From: Auanema rhodensis
Lineage: Eukaryota > Animalia > Nematoda
Assembly (NCBI GenBank): GCA_964057225.1
Contig: OZ059894.1
Location: forward strand, 3,968,001-4,032,000
Reading direction: 5' to 3'
DNA length: 64,000 bases
Positions 1 through 11,894 of the stretch are shown here, piece after piece. The notes below the pieces were generated by a model. It did not search any database. It was not told the DNA's origin and saw only the letters and a list, made by a program, of their open reading frames with translations. Each line of letters starts with the position of its first letter. Position 1 is the first letter of the stretch. The translations under genes were made by a program, and so were the position numbers.

Positions 1-3000
1 ATGTTGAGTGTACATGGAAACTCAACTTACACTAATGCATCATTTTTCAAACGATCATAACTAATTTTTGTATCAAGCGTTTCTCAATGTAGTTTAGTGC
101 ATTCGATGCGGATTTTTAAGCTGCGTCGATCTGTGTTATCAGATTTGCGCTAGCTTAAAAATGCACCGAGATATCAACTGATATAAGTTCACACTTCCTG
201 AAGGAATGATTTTTTCGTTGAATAAAATTGTCCATCGTCTTTGCCATGAAAAAAGGAATCTAAAAACATCTACTTTTCGCTAAATTATTTTGAAATTTTT
301 CGAAAAAATTTTTGTCAAAATGTTTTTGGAAGCATTGTTGAGTGTACATGGAAACTCAACATACACTAATGCATCATTTTTCAAACGATCATAACTAATT
401 TTTGTATTAAGCGTTTCTCAATGTAGTATAGTGCATTCGATGCGGATTTTTAAGCTGCGTCGATCTGTGTTATCAGATTTGCGCTAGCTTAAAAATGCAC
501 CGAGATATCAACTGATATAAGTTCACACTTATATCCTCGATTTTCACCCTGAAGGAATAATTTTTTTTGTTGAATAACATTGTCCATCGTCTTTGCCTTG
601 AAAAATGGAATCTAAAAACATCTACTTTTTGCTAAATTATTTTGAAATTTTTCGAAAAAATTTTTGTCAAAATGTTTTTGGAAGCAATGTTGAGTGTACA
701 TGGAAACTCAACATACACTAATGCATCATTTTTCAAACGATCATAACTAATTTTTGTATCAAGCGTTTCTCAATGTAGTTTAGTGCATTCGATGCGGATT
801 TTTAAGCTGCGTCGATCTGTGTTATCAGATGTGCGCTAGCTTAAAAATGCACCGAGATATCAACTGATATAAGTTCACACTTATATCCTCGATTTTCACC
901 CTGAAGGAATAATTTTTTCGTTGAATAACATTGTCCATCGTCTTTGCCTTGAAAAATGAAATCTAAAAACATCTACTTTTTGCTAAATTATTTTGAAATT
1001 TTTCGAAAAAATTTTTGTCAAAATGTTTTTGGAAGCAATGTTGAGTGTACATGGAAACTCAACATACACTAATGCATCATTTTTCAAACGATCATAACTA
1101 ATTTTTGTATTGAGCGTTTCTCAATGTAGTATAGTGCATTCGATCCGGATTTTTAAGCTGCGTCGATCTGTGTTATCAGATTTGCGCTAGCTTAAAAATG
1201 CACCGAGATATCAACTGATATAAGTTCACACTTATATCCTCGATTTTCACCCTGAAGAATTAATTTTTTCGTTGAATAACATTGTCCATCGTCTTTGCCT
1301 TGAAAAAAGGAATTTAAAAACATCTACTTTTTGCTAAATTATTTTGAAATTTTTCGAAAAAATTTTTGTCAAAATGTTTTTGGAAGCAATGTTGAGTGTA
1401 CATGGAAACTCAACATACACTAATGCATCATTTTTCAAACGATCATAACTAATTTTTGTATCAAGCGTTTCTCAATGTAGTTTAGTGCATTCGATGCGGA
1501 TTTTTAAGCTGCGTCGATCTGTGTTATCAGATGTGCGCTAGCTTAAAAATGCACCGAGATATTAACTGATATAAGTTCACACTTATATCCTCGATTTTCA
1601 CCCTGAAGGAATAATTTTTTCGTTGAATAACATTGTCCATCGTCTTTGCCTTGAAAAATGAAATCTAAAAACATCTACTTTTTGCTAAATTATTTTGAAA
1701 TTTTTCGAAAAAATTTTTGTCAAAATGTTTTTGGAAGCAATGTTGAGTGTACATGGAAACTCAACATACACTAATGCATCATTTTTCAAACGATCATAAC
1801 TAATTTTTGTATCAAGCGTTTCTCAATGTAGTTTAGTGCATTCGATGCGGATTTTTAAGCTGCGTCGATCTGTGTTATCAGATGTGCGCTAGCTTAAAAA
1901 TGCACCGAGATATCAACTGATATAAGTTCACACTTATATCCTCGATTTTCACCCTGAAGGAATAATTTTTTCGTTGAATAACATTATCCATCGTCTTTGC
2001 CTTGAAAAATGAAATCTAAAAACATCTACTTTTTGCTAAATTATTTTGAAATTTTTCGAAAAAATTTTTGTCAAAATGTTTTTGGAAGCAATGTTGAGTG
2101 TACATGGAAACTCAACATACACTAATGCATCATTTTTCAAACGATCATAACTAATTTTTGTATTGAGCGTTTCTCAATGTAGTATAGTGCATTCGATCCG
2201 GATTTTTAAGCTGCGTCGATCTGTGTTATCAGATTTGCGCTAGCTTAAAAATGCACCGAGATATCAACTGATATAAGTTCACACTTATATCCTCGATTTT
2301 CACCCTGAAGAATTAATTTTTTCGTTGAATAACATTGTCCATCGTCTTTGCCTTGAAAAAAGGAATTTAAAAACATCTACTTTTTGCTAAATTATTTTGA
2401 AATTTTTCGAAAAAATTTTTGTCAAAATGTTTTTGGAAGCAATGTTGAGTGTACATGGAAACTCAACATACACTAATGCATCATTTTTCAAACGATCATA
2501 ACTAATTTTTGTATTAAGCGTTTCTCAATGTAGTATAGTGCATTCGATGCAGATTTTTAAGCTGCGTCGATCTGTGTTATCAGATTTGCGCTAGCTTAAA
2601 AATGCACCGAGATATCAACTGATATAAGTTCACACTTATATCCTCGATTTTCACCCTGAAGGAATAATTTTTTCGTTGAATAACATTGTCCATCGTCTTT
2701 GCCTTGAAAAATGGAATCTAAAAACATCTACTTTTTGCTAAATTATTCTGAAATTTTTCGAAAAAATTTTTGTCAAAATGTTTTTGGAAGCAATGTTGAG
2801 TGTACATGGAAACTCAACATACACTAATGCATCATTTTTCAAACGATCATAACTAATTTTTGTATCAAGCGTTTCTCAATGTAGTTTAGTGCATTCGATG
2901 CGGATTTTTAAGCTGCGTCGATCTGTGTTATCAGATTTGCGCTAGCTTAAAAATGCACCGAGATATCAACTGATATAAGTTCACACTTCCTGAAGGAATG

Positions 3001-3478
3001 ATTTTTTCGTTGAATAAAATTGTCCATCGTCTTTGCCATGAAAAAAGGAATCTAAAAACATCTACTTTTCGCTAAATTATTTTGAAATTTTTCGAAAAAA
3101 TTTTTGTCAAAATGTTTTTGGAAGCATTGTTGAGTGTACATGGAAACTCAACATACACTAATGCATCATTTTTCAAACGATCATAACTAATTTTTGTATT
3201 AAGCGTTTCTCAATGTAGTATAGTGCATTCGATGCGGATTTTTAAGCTGCGTCGATCTGTGTTATCAGATTTGCGCTAGCTTAAAAATGCACCGAGATAT
3301 CAACTGATATAAGTTCACACTTATATCCTCGATTTTCACCCTGAAGGAATAATTTTTTTTGTTGAATAACATTGTCCATCGTCTTTGCCTTGAAAAATGG
3401 AATCTAAAAACATCTACTTTTTGCTAAATTATTTTGAAATTTTTCGAAAAAATTTTTGTCAAAATGTTTTTGGAAGCA
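1..3478. repeat. 8-monomer-spaced duplication marked by a 17-bp-deletion monomer followed by a +1 T monomer
   Basis: The deletion junction acactt|cctg occurs at 196/197 and at 2988/2989, 2792 bp apart (334+352+6x351). Both copies share the linked variants aatgatt, aataaaatt, gccatg and gcattg. Confidence 0.88.
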
Positions 3479-6400
3479 ATGTTGAGTGTACATGGAAACT
3501 CAACATACACTAATGCATCATTTTTCAAACGATCATAACTAATTTTTGTATCAAGCGTTTCTCAATGTAGTTTAGTGCATTCGATGCGGATTTTTAAGCT
3601 GCGTCGATCTGTGTTATCAGATGTGCGCTAGCTTAAAAATGCACCGAGATATCAACTGATATAAGTTCACACTTATATCCTCGATTTTCACCCTGAAGGA
3701 ATAATTTTTTCGTTGAATAACATTGTCCATCGTCTTTGCCTTGAAAAAGGAATCTAAGAACGTTTACTTTTTGCTAAATTATTTTGAAATTTTTCGAAAA
3801 AATTTTTGTCAAAATGTTTTTGGAAGCAATGTTGAGTGTACATGGAAACTCAACATACACTAATGCATCATTTTTCAAACGATCATAACTAATTTTTGTA
3901 TCAAGCGTTTCTCAATGTAATATAGTGCATTCGATGCGGATTTTTAAGCTGCGTCGATCTGTGTTATCAGATTTGCGCTAGCTTAAAAATGCACCGAGAT
4001 ATCAACTGATATAAGTTCACACTTATATCCTCGATTTTCACCCTGAAGAATTAATTTTTTCGTTGAATAACATTGTCCATCGTCTTTGCCTTGAAAAATG
4101 AAATCTAAAAACATCTACTTTTTGCTAAATTATTTTGAAATTTTTCGAAAAAATTTTTGTCAAAATGTTTTTGGATGCAATGTTGAGTGTACATGGAAAC
4201 TCAACATACACTAATGCATCATTTTTCAAACGATCATAACTAATTTTTGTATTGAGCGTTTCTCAATGTAGTATAGTGCATTCGATCCGGATTTTTAAGC
4301 TGCGTCGATCTGTGTTATCAGATTTGCGCTAGCTTAAAAATGCACCGAGATATCAACTGATATAAGTTCACACTTATATCCTCGATTTTCACCCTGAAGA
4401 ATTAATTTTTTCGTTGAATAACATTGTCCATCGTCTTTGCCTTGAAAAAAGGAATTTAAAAACATCTACTTTTTGCTAAATTATTTTGAAATTTTTCGAA
4501 AAAATTTTTGTCAAAATGTTTTTGGAAGCAATGTTGAGTGTACATGGAAACTCAACATACACTAATGCATCATTTTTCAAACGATCATAACTAATTTTTG
4601 TATCAAGCGTTTCTCAATGTAGTTTAGTGCATTCGATGCGGATTTTTAAGCTGCGTCGATCTGTGTTATCAGATGTGCGCTAGCTTAAAAATGCACCGAG
4701 ATATCAACTGATATAAGTTCACACTTATATCCTCGATTTTCACCCTGAAGGAATAATTTTTTCGTTGAATAACATTGTCCATCGTCTTTGCCTTGAAAAA
4801 TGAAATCTAAAAACATCTACTTTTTGCTAAATTATTTTGAAATTTTTCGAAAAAATTTTTGTCAAAATGTTTTTGGAAGCAATGTTGAGTGTACATGGAA
4901 ACTCAACATACACTAATGCATCATTTTTCAAACGATCATAACTAATTTTTGTATTGAGCGTTTCTCAATGTAGTATAGTGCATTCGATCCGGATTTTTAA
5001 GCTGCGTCGATCTGTGTTATCAGATTTGCGCTAGCTTAAAAATGCACCGAGATATCAACTGATATAAGTTCACACTTATATCCTCGATTTTCACCCTGAA
5101 GAATTAATTTTTTCGTTGAATAACATTGTCCATCGTCTTTGCCTTGAAAAAAGGAATCTAAAAACGTCTACTTTTTGCTAAATTATTTTGAAATTTTTCG
5201 AAAAAATTTTTGTCAAAATGTTTTTGGAAGCAATGTTGAGTGTACATGAAAACTCAACATACACTAATGCATCATTTTTCAAACGATCATAACTAATTTT
5301 TGTATCAAGCGTTTCTCAATGTAGTATAGTGCATTCGATGCGGATTTTTGAGCTGCTTCGATCTGTGGTATCAGATTTGCGCTAGCTTAAAAATGCACCG
5401 AGATATCAACTGATATAAGTTCACACTTATATCCTCGATTTTCACCCTGAAGAATTAATTTTTTCGTTGAATAACATTGTCCATCGTCTTTGCCTTGAGA
5501 AATGGAATCTAAAAACATCTACTTTTTGCTAAATTATTTTGAAATTTTTCGAAAAAATTTTTGTCAAAATGTTTTTGGAAGCAATGTTGAGTGTACATGG
5601 AAACTCAACATACACTAATGCATCATTTTTCAAACGATCATAACTAATTTTTGTATCAAGCGTTTCTCAATGTAGTATAGTGCATTCGATGCGGATTTTT
5701 AAGCTGCGTCGATCTGTGTTATCAGATTTGCGCTAGCTTAAAAATGCACCGAGATATCAACTGATATAAGTTCACACTTATATCCTCGATTTTCACCCTG
5801 AAGAATTAATTTTTTCGTTGAATAACATTGTCCATCGTCTTTGCCTTGAAAAAAGGAATCTAAAAACGTCTACTTTTTGCTAAATTATTTTGAAATTTTT
5901 CGAAAAAATTTTTGTCAAAATGTTTTTGGAAGCAATGTTGAGTGTACATGAAAACTCAACATACACTAATGCATCATTTTTCAAACGATCATAACTAATT
6001 TTTGTATCAAGCGTTTCTCAATGTAGTATAGTGCATTCGATGCGGATTTTTGAGCTGCTTCGATCTGTGGTATCAGATTTGCGCTAGCTTAAAAATGCAC
6101 CGAGATATCAACTGATATAAGTTCACACTTATATCCTCGATTTTCACCCTGAAGAATTAATTTTTTCGTTGAATAACATTGTCCATCGTCTTTGCCTTGA
6201 GAAATGGAATCTAAAAACATCTACTTTTTGCTAAATTATTTTGAAATTTTTCGAAAAAATTTTTGTCAAAATGTTTTTGGAAGCAATGTTGAGTGTACAT
6301 GGAAACTCAACATACACTAATGCATCATTTTTCAAACGATCATAACTAATTTTTGTATCAAGCGTTTCTCAATGTAGTATAGTGCATTCGATGCGGATTT

Positions 6401-9400
6401 TTAAGCTGCGTCGATCTGTGTTATCAGATTTGCGCTAGCTTAAAAATGCACCGAGATATCAACTGATATAAGTTCACACTTATATCCTCGATTTTCACCC
6501 TGAAGAATTAATTTTTTCGTTGAATAACATTGTCCATCGTCTTTGCCTTGAAAAAAGGAATCTAAAAACATCTACTTTTTGCTAAATTATTTTGAAATTT
6601 TTCGAAAAAATTTTTGTCAAAATGTTTTTGGAAGCAATGTTGAGTGTACATGGAAACTCAACATACACTAATGCATCATTTTTCAAACGATCATAACTAA
6701 TTTTTGTATTGAGCGTTTCTCAATGTAGTATAGTGCATTCGATGCGGATTTTTAAGCTGCGTCGATCTGTGTTATCAGATTTGCGCTAGCTTAAAAATGC
6801 ACCGAGATATCAACTGATATAAGTTCACACTTATATCCTCGATTTTCACCCTGAAGAATTAATTTTTTCGTTGAATAACATTGTCCATCGTCTTTGCCTT
6901 GAAAAATGGAATCTAAAAACATCTACTTTTTGCTAAATTATTTTGAAATTTTTCGAAAAAATTTTTGTCAAAATGTTTTTGGAAGCATTGTTGAGTGTAC
7001 ATGGAAACTCAACATACACTAATGCATCATTTTTCAAACGATCATAACTAATTTTTGTATTGAGCGTTTCTCAATGTAGTATAGTGCATTCGATGCGGAT
7101 TTTTGAGCTGCGTCGATCTGTGTTATCAGATTTGCGCTAGCTTAAAAATGCACCGAGATATCAACTGATATAAGTTCACACTTATATCCTCGATTTTCAC
7201 CCTGAAGGAATAATTTTTTCGTTGAATAACATTGTCCATCGTCTTTGCCTTGAAAAAAGGAATCTAAAAACATCTACTTTTCGCTAAATTATTTTGAAAT
7301 TTTTCGAAAAAATTTTTGTCAAAATGTTTTTGGAAGCATTGTTGAGTGTACATGGAAACTCAACATACACTAATGCATCATTTTTCAAACGATCATAACT
7401 AATTTTTGTATTGAGCGTTTCTCAATGTAGTATAGTGCATTCGATCCGGATTTTTAAGCTGCGTCGATCTGTGTTATCAGATTTGCGCTAGCTTAAAAAT
7501 GCACCGAGATATCAACTGATATAAGTTCACACTTATATCCTCGATTTTCACCCTGAAGAATTAATTTTTTCGTTGAATAACATTGTCCATCGTCTTTGCC
7601 TTGAAAAAAGGAATCTAAAAACATCTACTTTTTGCTAAATTATTTTGAAATTTTCCGAAAAAATTTTTGTCAAAATGTTTTTGGAAGCAATGTTGAGTGT
7701 ACATGGAAACTCAACATACACTAATGCATCATTTTTCAAACGATCATAACTAATTTTTGTATTAAGCGTTTCTCAATGTAGTATAGTGCATTCGATGCGG
7801 ATTCTTAAGCTGCGTCGATCTGTGTTATCAGATGTGCGCTAGCTTAAAAATGCACCGAGATATCAACTGATATAAGTTCACACTTATATCCTCGATTTTC
7901 ACCCTGAAGGAATCATTTTTTCGTTGAATAACATTGTCCATCGTCTTTGCCTTGAAAAAAGGAATCTAAAAACATCTACTTTTCGCTAAATTATTTTGAA
8001 ATTTTTCGAAAAAATTTTTGTCAAAATGTTTTTGGAAGCAATGTTGAGTGTACATGGAAACTCAACATACACTAATGCATCATTTTTCAAACGATCATAA
8101 CTAATTTTTGTATTAAGCGTTCTTCCATGTAGTATAGTGCATTCGATGCGGATTTTTAAGCTGCGTCGATCTGTGTTATCAGATTTGCGCTAGCTTAAAA
8201 ATGTACCGAGATATCAACTGATATAAGTTCACACTTATATCCTCGATTTTCACCCTGAAGAATTAATTTTTTCGTTGAATAACATTGTCCATCGTCTTTG
8301 CCTTGAAAAAAGGAATCTAAAAACATCTACTTTTCGCTAAATTATTTTGAAATTTTTCGAAAAAATTTTTGTCAAAATGTTTTTGGAAGCAATGTTGAGT
8401 GTACATGGAAACTCAACATACACTAATGCATCATTTTTCAAACGATCATAACTAATTTTTGTATTAAGCGTTTCTCAATGTAGTTTAGTGCATTCGATGC
8501 GGATTTTTTAGCTGCGTCGATCTGTGTTATCAGATTTGCGCTAGCTTAAAAATGTACCGAGATATCAACTGATATAAGTTCACACTTATATCCTCGATTT
8601 TCACCCTGAAGAATTAATTTTTTCGTTGAATAACATTGTCCATCGTCTTTGCCTTGAAAAAAGGAATCTAAAAACATCTACTTTTCGCTAAATTATTTTG
8701 AAATTTTTCGAAAAAATTTTTGTCAAAATGTTTTTGGAAGCAATGTTGAGTGTACATGGAAACTCAACATACACTAATGCATCATTTTTCAAACGATCAT
8801 AACTAATTTTTGTATTAAGCGTTTCTCAATGTAGTATAGTGCATTCGATGCGGATTTTTAAGCTGCGTCGATCTGTGTTATCAGATTTGCGCTAGCTTAA
8901 AAATGCACCGAGATATCAACTGATATAAGTTCACACTTATATCCTCGATTTTCACCCTGAAGAATTAATTTTTTTGTTGAATAACATCGTCTATCGTCTT
9001 TGCCTTGAAAAAAGGAATCTAAAAACATCTACTTTTTGCTAAATTATTTTGAAATTTTTCGAAAAAATTTTTGTCAAAATGTTTTTGGAAGCAATGTTGA
9101 GTGTACATGGAAACTCAACATACACTAATGCATCATTTTTCAAACGATCATAATTAATTTTTGTATTAAGCGTTCTTCCATGTAGTATAGTGCATTCGAT
9201 GCGGATTTTTAAGCTGCGTCGATCTGTGTTATCAGATTTGCGCTAGCTTAAAAATGTACCGAGATATCAACTGATATAAGTTCACACTTATATCCTCGAT
9301 TTTCACCCTGAAGAATTAATTTTTTCGTTGAATAACATTGTCCATCGTCTTTGCCTTGAAAAAAGGAATCTAAAAACATCTACTTTTCGCTAAATTATTT

Positions 9401-11550
9401 TGAAATTTTTCGAAAAAATTTTTGTCAAAATGTTTTTGGAAGCAATGTTGAGTGTACATGGAAACTCAACATACACTAATGCATCATTTTTCAAACGATC
9501 ATAACTAATTTTTGTATTAAGCGTTTCTCAATGTAGTATAGTGCATTCGATGCGGATTTTTAAGCTGCGTCGATCTGTGTTATCAGATTTGCGCTAGCTT
9601 AAAAATGCACCGAGATATCAACTGATATAAGTTCACACTTATATCCTCGATTTTCACCCTGAAGAATTAATTTTTTCGTTGAATAACATTGTCCATCGTC
9701 TTTGCCTTGAAAAAAGGAATCTAAAAACATCTACTTTTCGCTAAATTATTTTGAAATTTTTCGAAAAAATTTTTGTCAAAATGTTTTTGGAAGCAATGTT
9801 GAGTGTACATGGAAACTCAACATACACTAATGCATCATTTTTCAAACGATCATAACTAATTTTTGTATTAAGCGTTTCTCAATGTAGTTTAGTGCATTCG
9901 ATGCGGATTTTTTAGCTGCGTCGATCTGTGTTATCAGATTTGCGCTAGCTTAAAAATGTACCGAGATATCAACTGATATAAGTTCACACTTATATCCTCG
10001 ATTTTCACCCTGAAGAATTAATTTTTTCGTTGAATAACATTGTCCATCGTCTTTGCCTTGAAAAAAGGAATCTAAAAACATCTACTTTTCGCTAAATTAT
10101 TTTGAAATTTTTCGAAAAAATTTTTGTCAAAATGTTTTTGGAAGCAATGTTGAGTGTACATGGAAACTCAACATACACTAATGCATCATTTTTCAAACGA
10201 TCATAACTAATTTTTGTATTAAGCGTTTCTCAATGTAGTATAGTGCATTCGATGCGGATTTTTAAGCTGCGTCGATCTGTGTTATCAGATTTGCGCTAGC
10301 TTAAAAATGCACCGAGATATCAACTGATATAAGTTCACACTTATATCCTCGATTTTCACCCTGAAGAAATAATTTTTTCGTTGAATAACATTGTCCATCG
10401 TCTTTGCCTTGAAAAAAGGAATCTAAAAACATCTACTTTTCGCTAAATTATTTTGAAATTTTTCGAAAAAATTTTTGTCAAAATGTTTTTGGAAGCAATG
10501 TTGAGTGTACATGGAAACTCAACATACACTAATGCATCATTTTTCAAACGATCATAACTAATTTTTGTATTAAGCGTTTCTCAATGTAGTATAGTGCATT
10601 CGATGCGGATTCTTAAGCTGCGTCGATCTGTGTTATCAGATGTGCGCTAGCTTAAAAATGCACCGAGATATCAACTGATATAAGTTCACACTTATATCCT
10701 CGATTTTCACCCTGAAGAAATAATTTTTTCGTTGAATAACATTGTCCATCGTCTTTGCCTTGAAAAAAGGAATCTAAAAACATCTACTTTTTGCTAAATT
10801 ATTTTGAAATTTTTCGAAAAAATTTTTGTCAAAATGTTTTTGGAAGCAATGTTGAGTGTACATGGAAACTCAACATACACTAATGCATCATTTTTCAAAC
10901 GATCATAACTAATTTTTGTATTAAGCGTTTCTCAATGTAGTTTAGTGCATTCGATGCGGATTTTTTAGCTGCGTCGATCTGTGTTATCAGATTTGCGCTA
11001 GCTTAAAAATGTACCGAGATATCAACTGATATAAGTTCACACTTATATCCTCGATTTTCACCCTGAAGAATTAATTTTTTCGTTGAATAACATTGTCCAT
11101 CGTCTTTGCCTTGAAAAAAGGAATCTAAAAACATCTACTTTTCGCTAAATTATTCTGAAATTTTTCGAAAAAATTTTTGTCAAAATGTTTTTGGAAGCAA
11201 TGTTGAGTGTACATGGAAACTCAACATACACTAATGCATCATTTTTCAAACGATCATAACTAATTTTTGTATTGAGCGTTTCTCAATGTAGTATAGTGCA
11301 TTCGATGCGGATTTTTAAGCTGCGTCGATCTGTGTTATCAGATTTGCGCTAGCTTAAAAATGCACCGAGATATCAACTGATATAAGTTCACACTTATATC
11401 CTCGATTTTCACCCTGAAGAAATAATTTTTTCGTTGAATAACATTGTCCATCGTCTTTGCCTTGAAAAAAGGAATCTAAAAACATCTACTTTTTGCTAAA
11501 TTATTTTGAAATTTTTCGAAAAAATTTTTGTCAAAATGTTTTTGGAAGCA

Positions 11551-11578
11551 ATGTTGAGTGTACATGGAAACTCAACAT
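11551..11578. repeat. Intra-monomer inverted repeat 1 (monomer pos 1-28): perfect 9-bp stem, 10-nt loop
   Basis: atgttgagt - gtacatggaa - actcaacat; the arms are exact reverse complements. Present in nearly every monomer. Confidence 0.92.
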
Positions 11579-11652
11579 ACACTAATGCATCATTTTTCAA
11601 ACGATCATAACTAATTTTTGTATTAAGCGTTTCTCAATGTAGTATAGTGCAT

Positions 11653-11719
11653 TCGATGCGGATTTTTAAGCTGCGTCGATCTGTGTTATCAGATTTGCGC
11701 TAGCTTAAAAATGCACCGA
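11653..11719. repeat. Intra-monomer long imperfect inverted repeat (monomer pos ~103-169)
   Basis: Perfect 11-bp arms atttttaagct / agcttaaaaat enclose inner pairs gcg/cgc and atctg/cagat around the loop tgttat. There is an imperfect outer extension tcgatgc / gcaccga. Confidence 0.92.
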
Positions 11720-11755
11720 GATATCAACTGATATAAGTTCACACTTATATCCTCG
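11717..11755. repeat. Intra-monomer inverted repeat 3 (monomer pos ~167-205) with overlapping alternative dyad
   Basis: gatataag - ttcaca - cttatatc forms an 8-bp stem, flanked by cgag/ctcg. It overlaps a second dyad, atatca-ac-tgatat. Confidence 0.88.
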
Positions 11756-11828
11756 ATTTTCACCCTGAAGAAATAATTTTTTCGTTGAATAACATTGTCC
11801 ATCGTCTTTGCCTTGAAAAAAGGAATCT

Positions 11829-11894
11829 AAAAACATCTACTTTTTGCTAAATTATTTTGAAATTTTTCGAAAAAATTTTTGTCAAAATGTTTTT
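11829..11894. repeat. Intra-monomer A/T-tract palindrome cluster (monomer pos ~279-344)
   Basis: The perfect 12-bp palindrome tttttcgaaaaa sits inside attttga/tcaaaat arms, with alternative outer arms aaaaacat/atgttttt. Confidence 0.85.

Noticed and set aside
11653-11719. Compensatory mutations preserving the hairpin stems
   Set aside because: Linked variants such as ttttttagct with tgtaccg, or tttcgaa with gttaaaa, are not at paired positions. The linkage is explained by shared descent, so I see no covariation evidence for selection on structure.
11780-11796. CENP-B-box-like sequence tttcgttgaataacatt
   Set aside because: It matches the 5' half (TTCG....A) but lacks the essential CGGG, so it is not a functional box by the established consensus.
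11765-11850. Hammerhead ribozyme core-like CUGAAGA followed by GAAA (hammerheads are known from newt, Schistosoma and Dolichopoda satellites)
   Set aside because: I could not build stems I and II around the motif, and the motif is broken in many monomers (ctgaagg, ccgaaga, ctaaaga). An Infernal search with Rfam hammerhead models would settle it.
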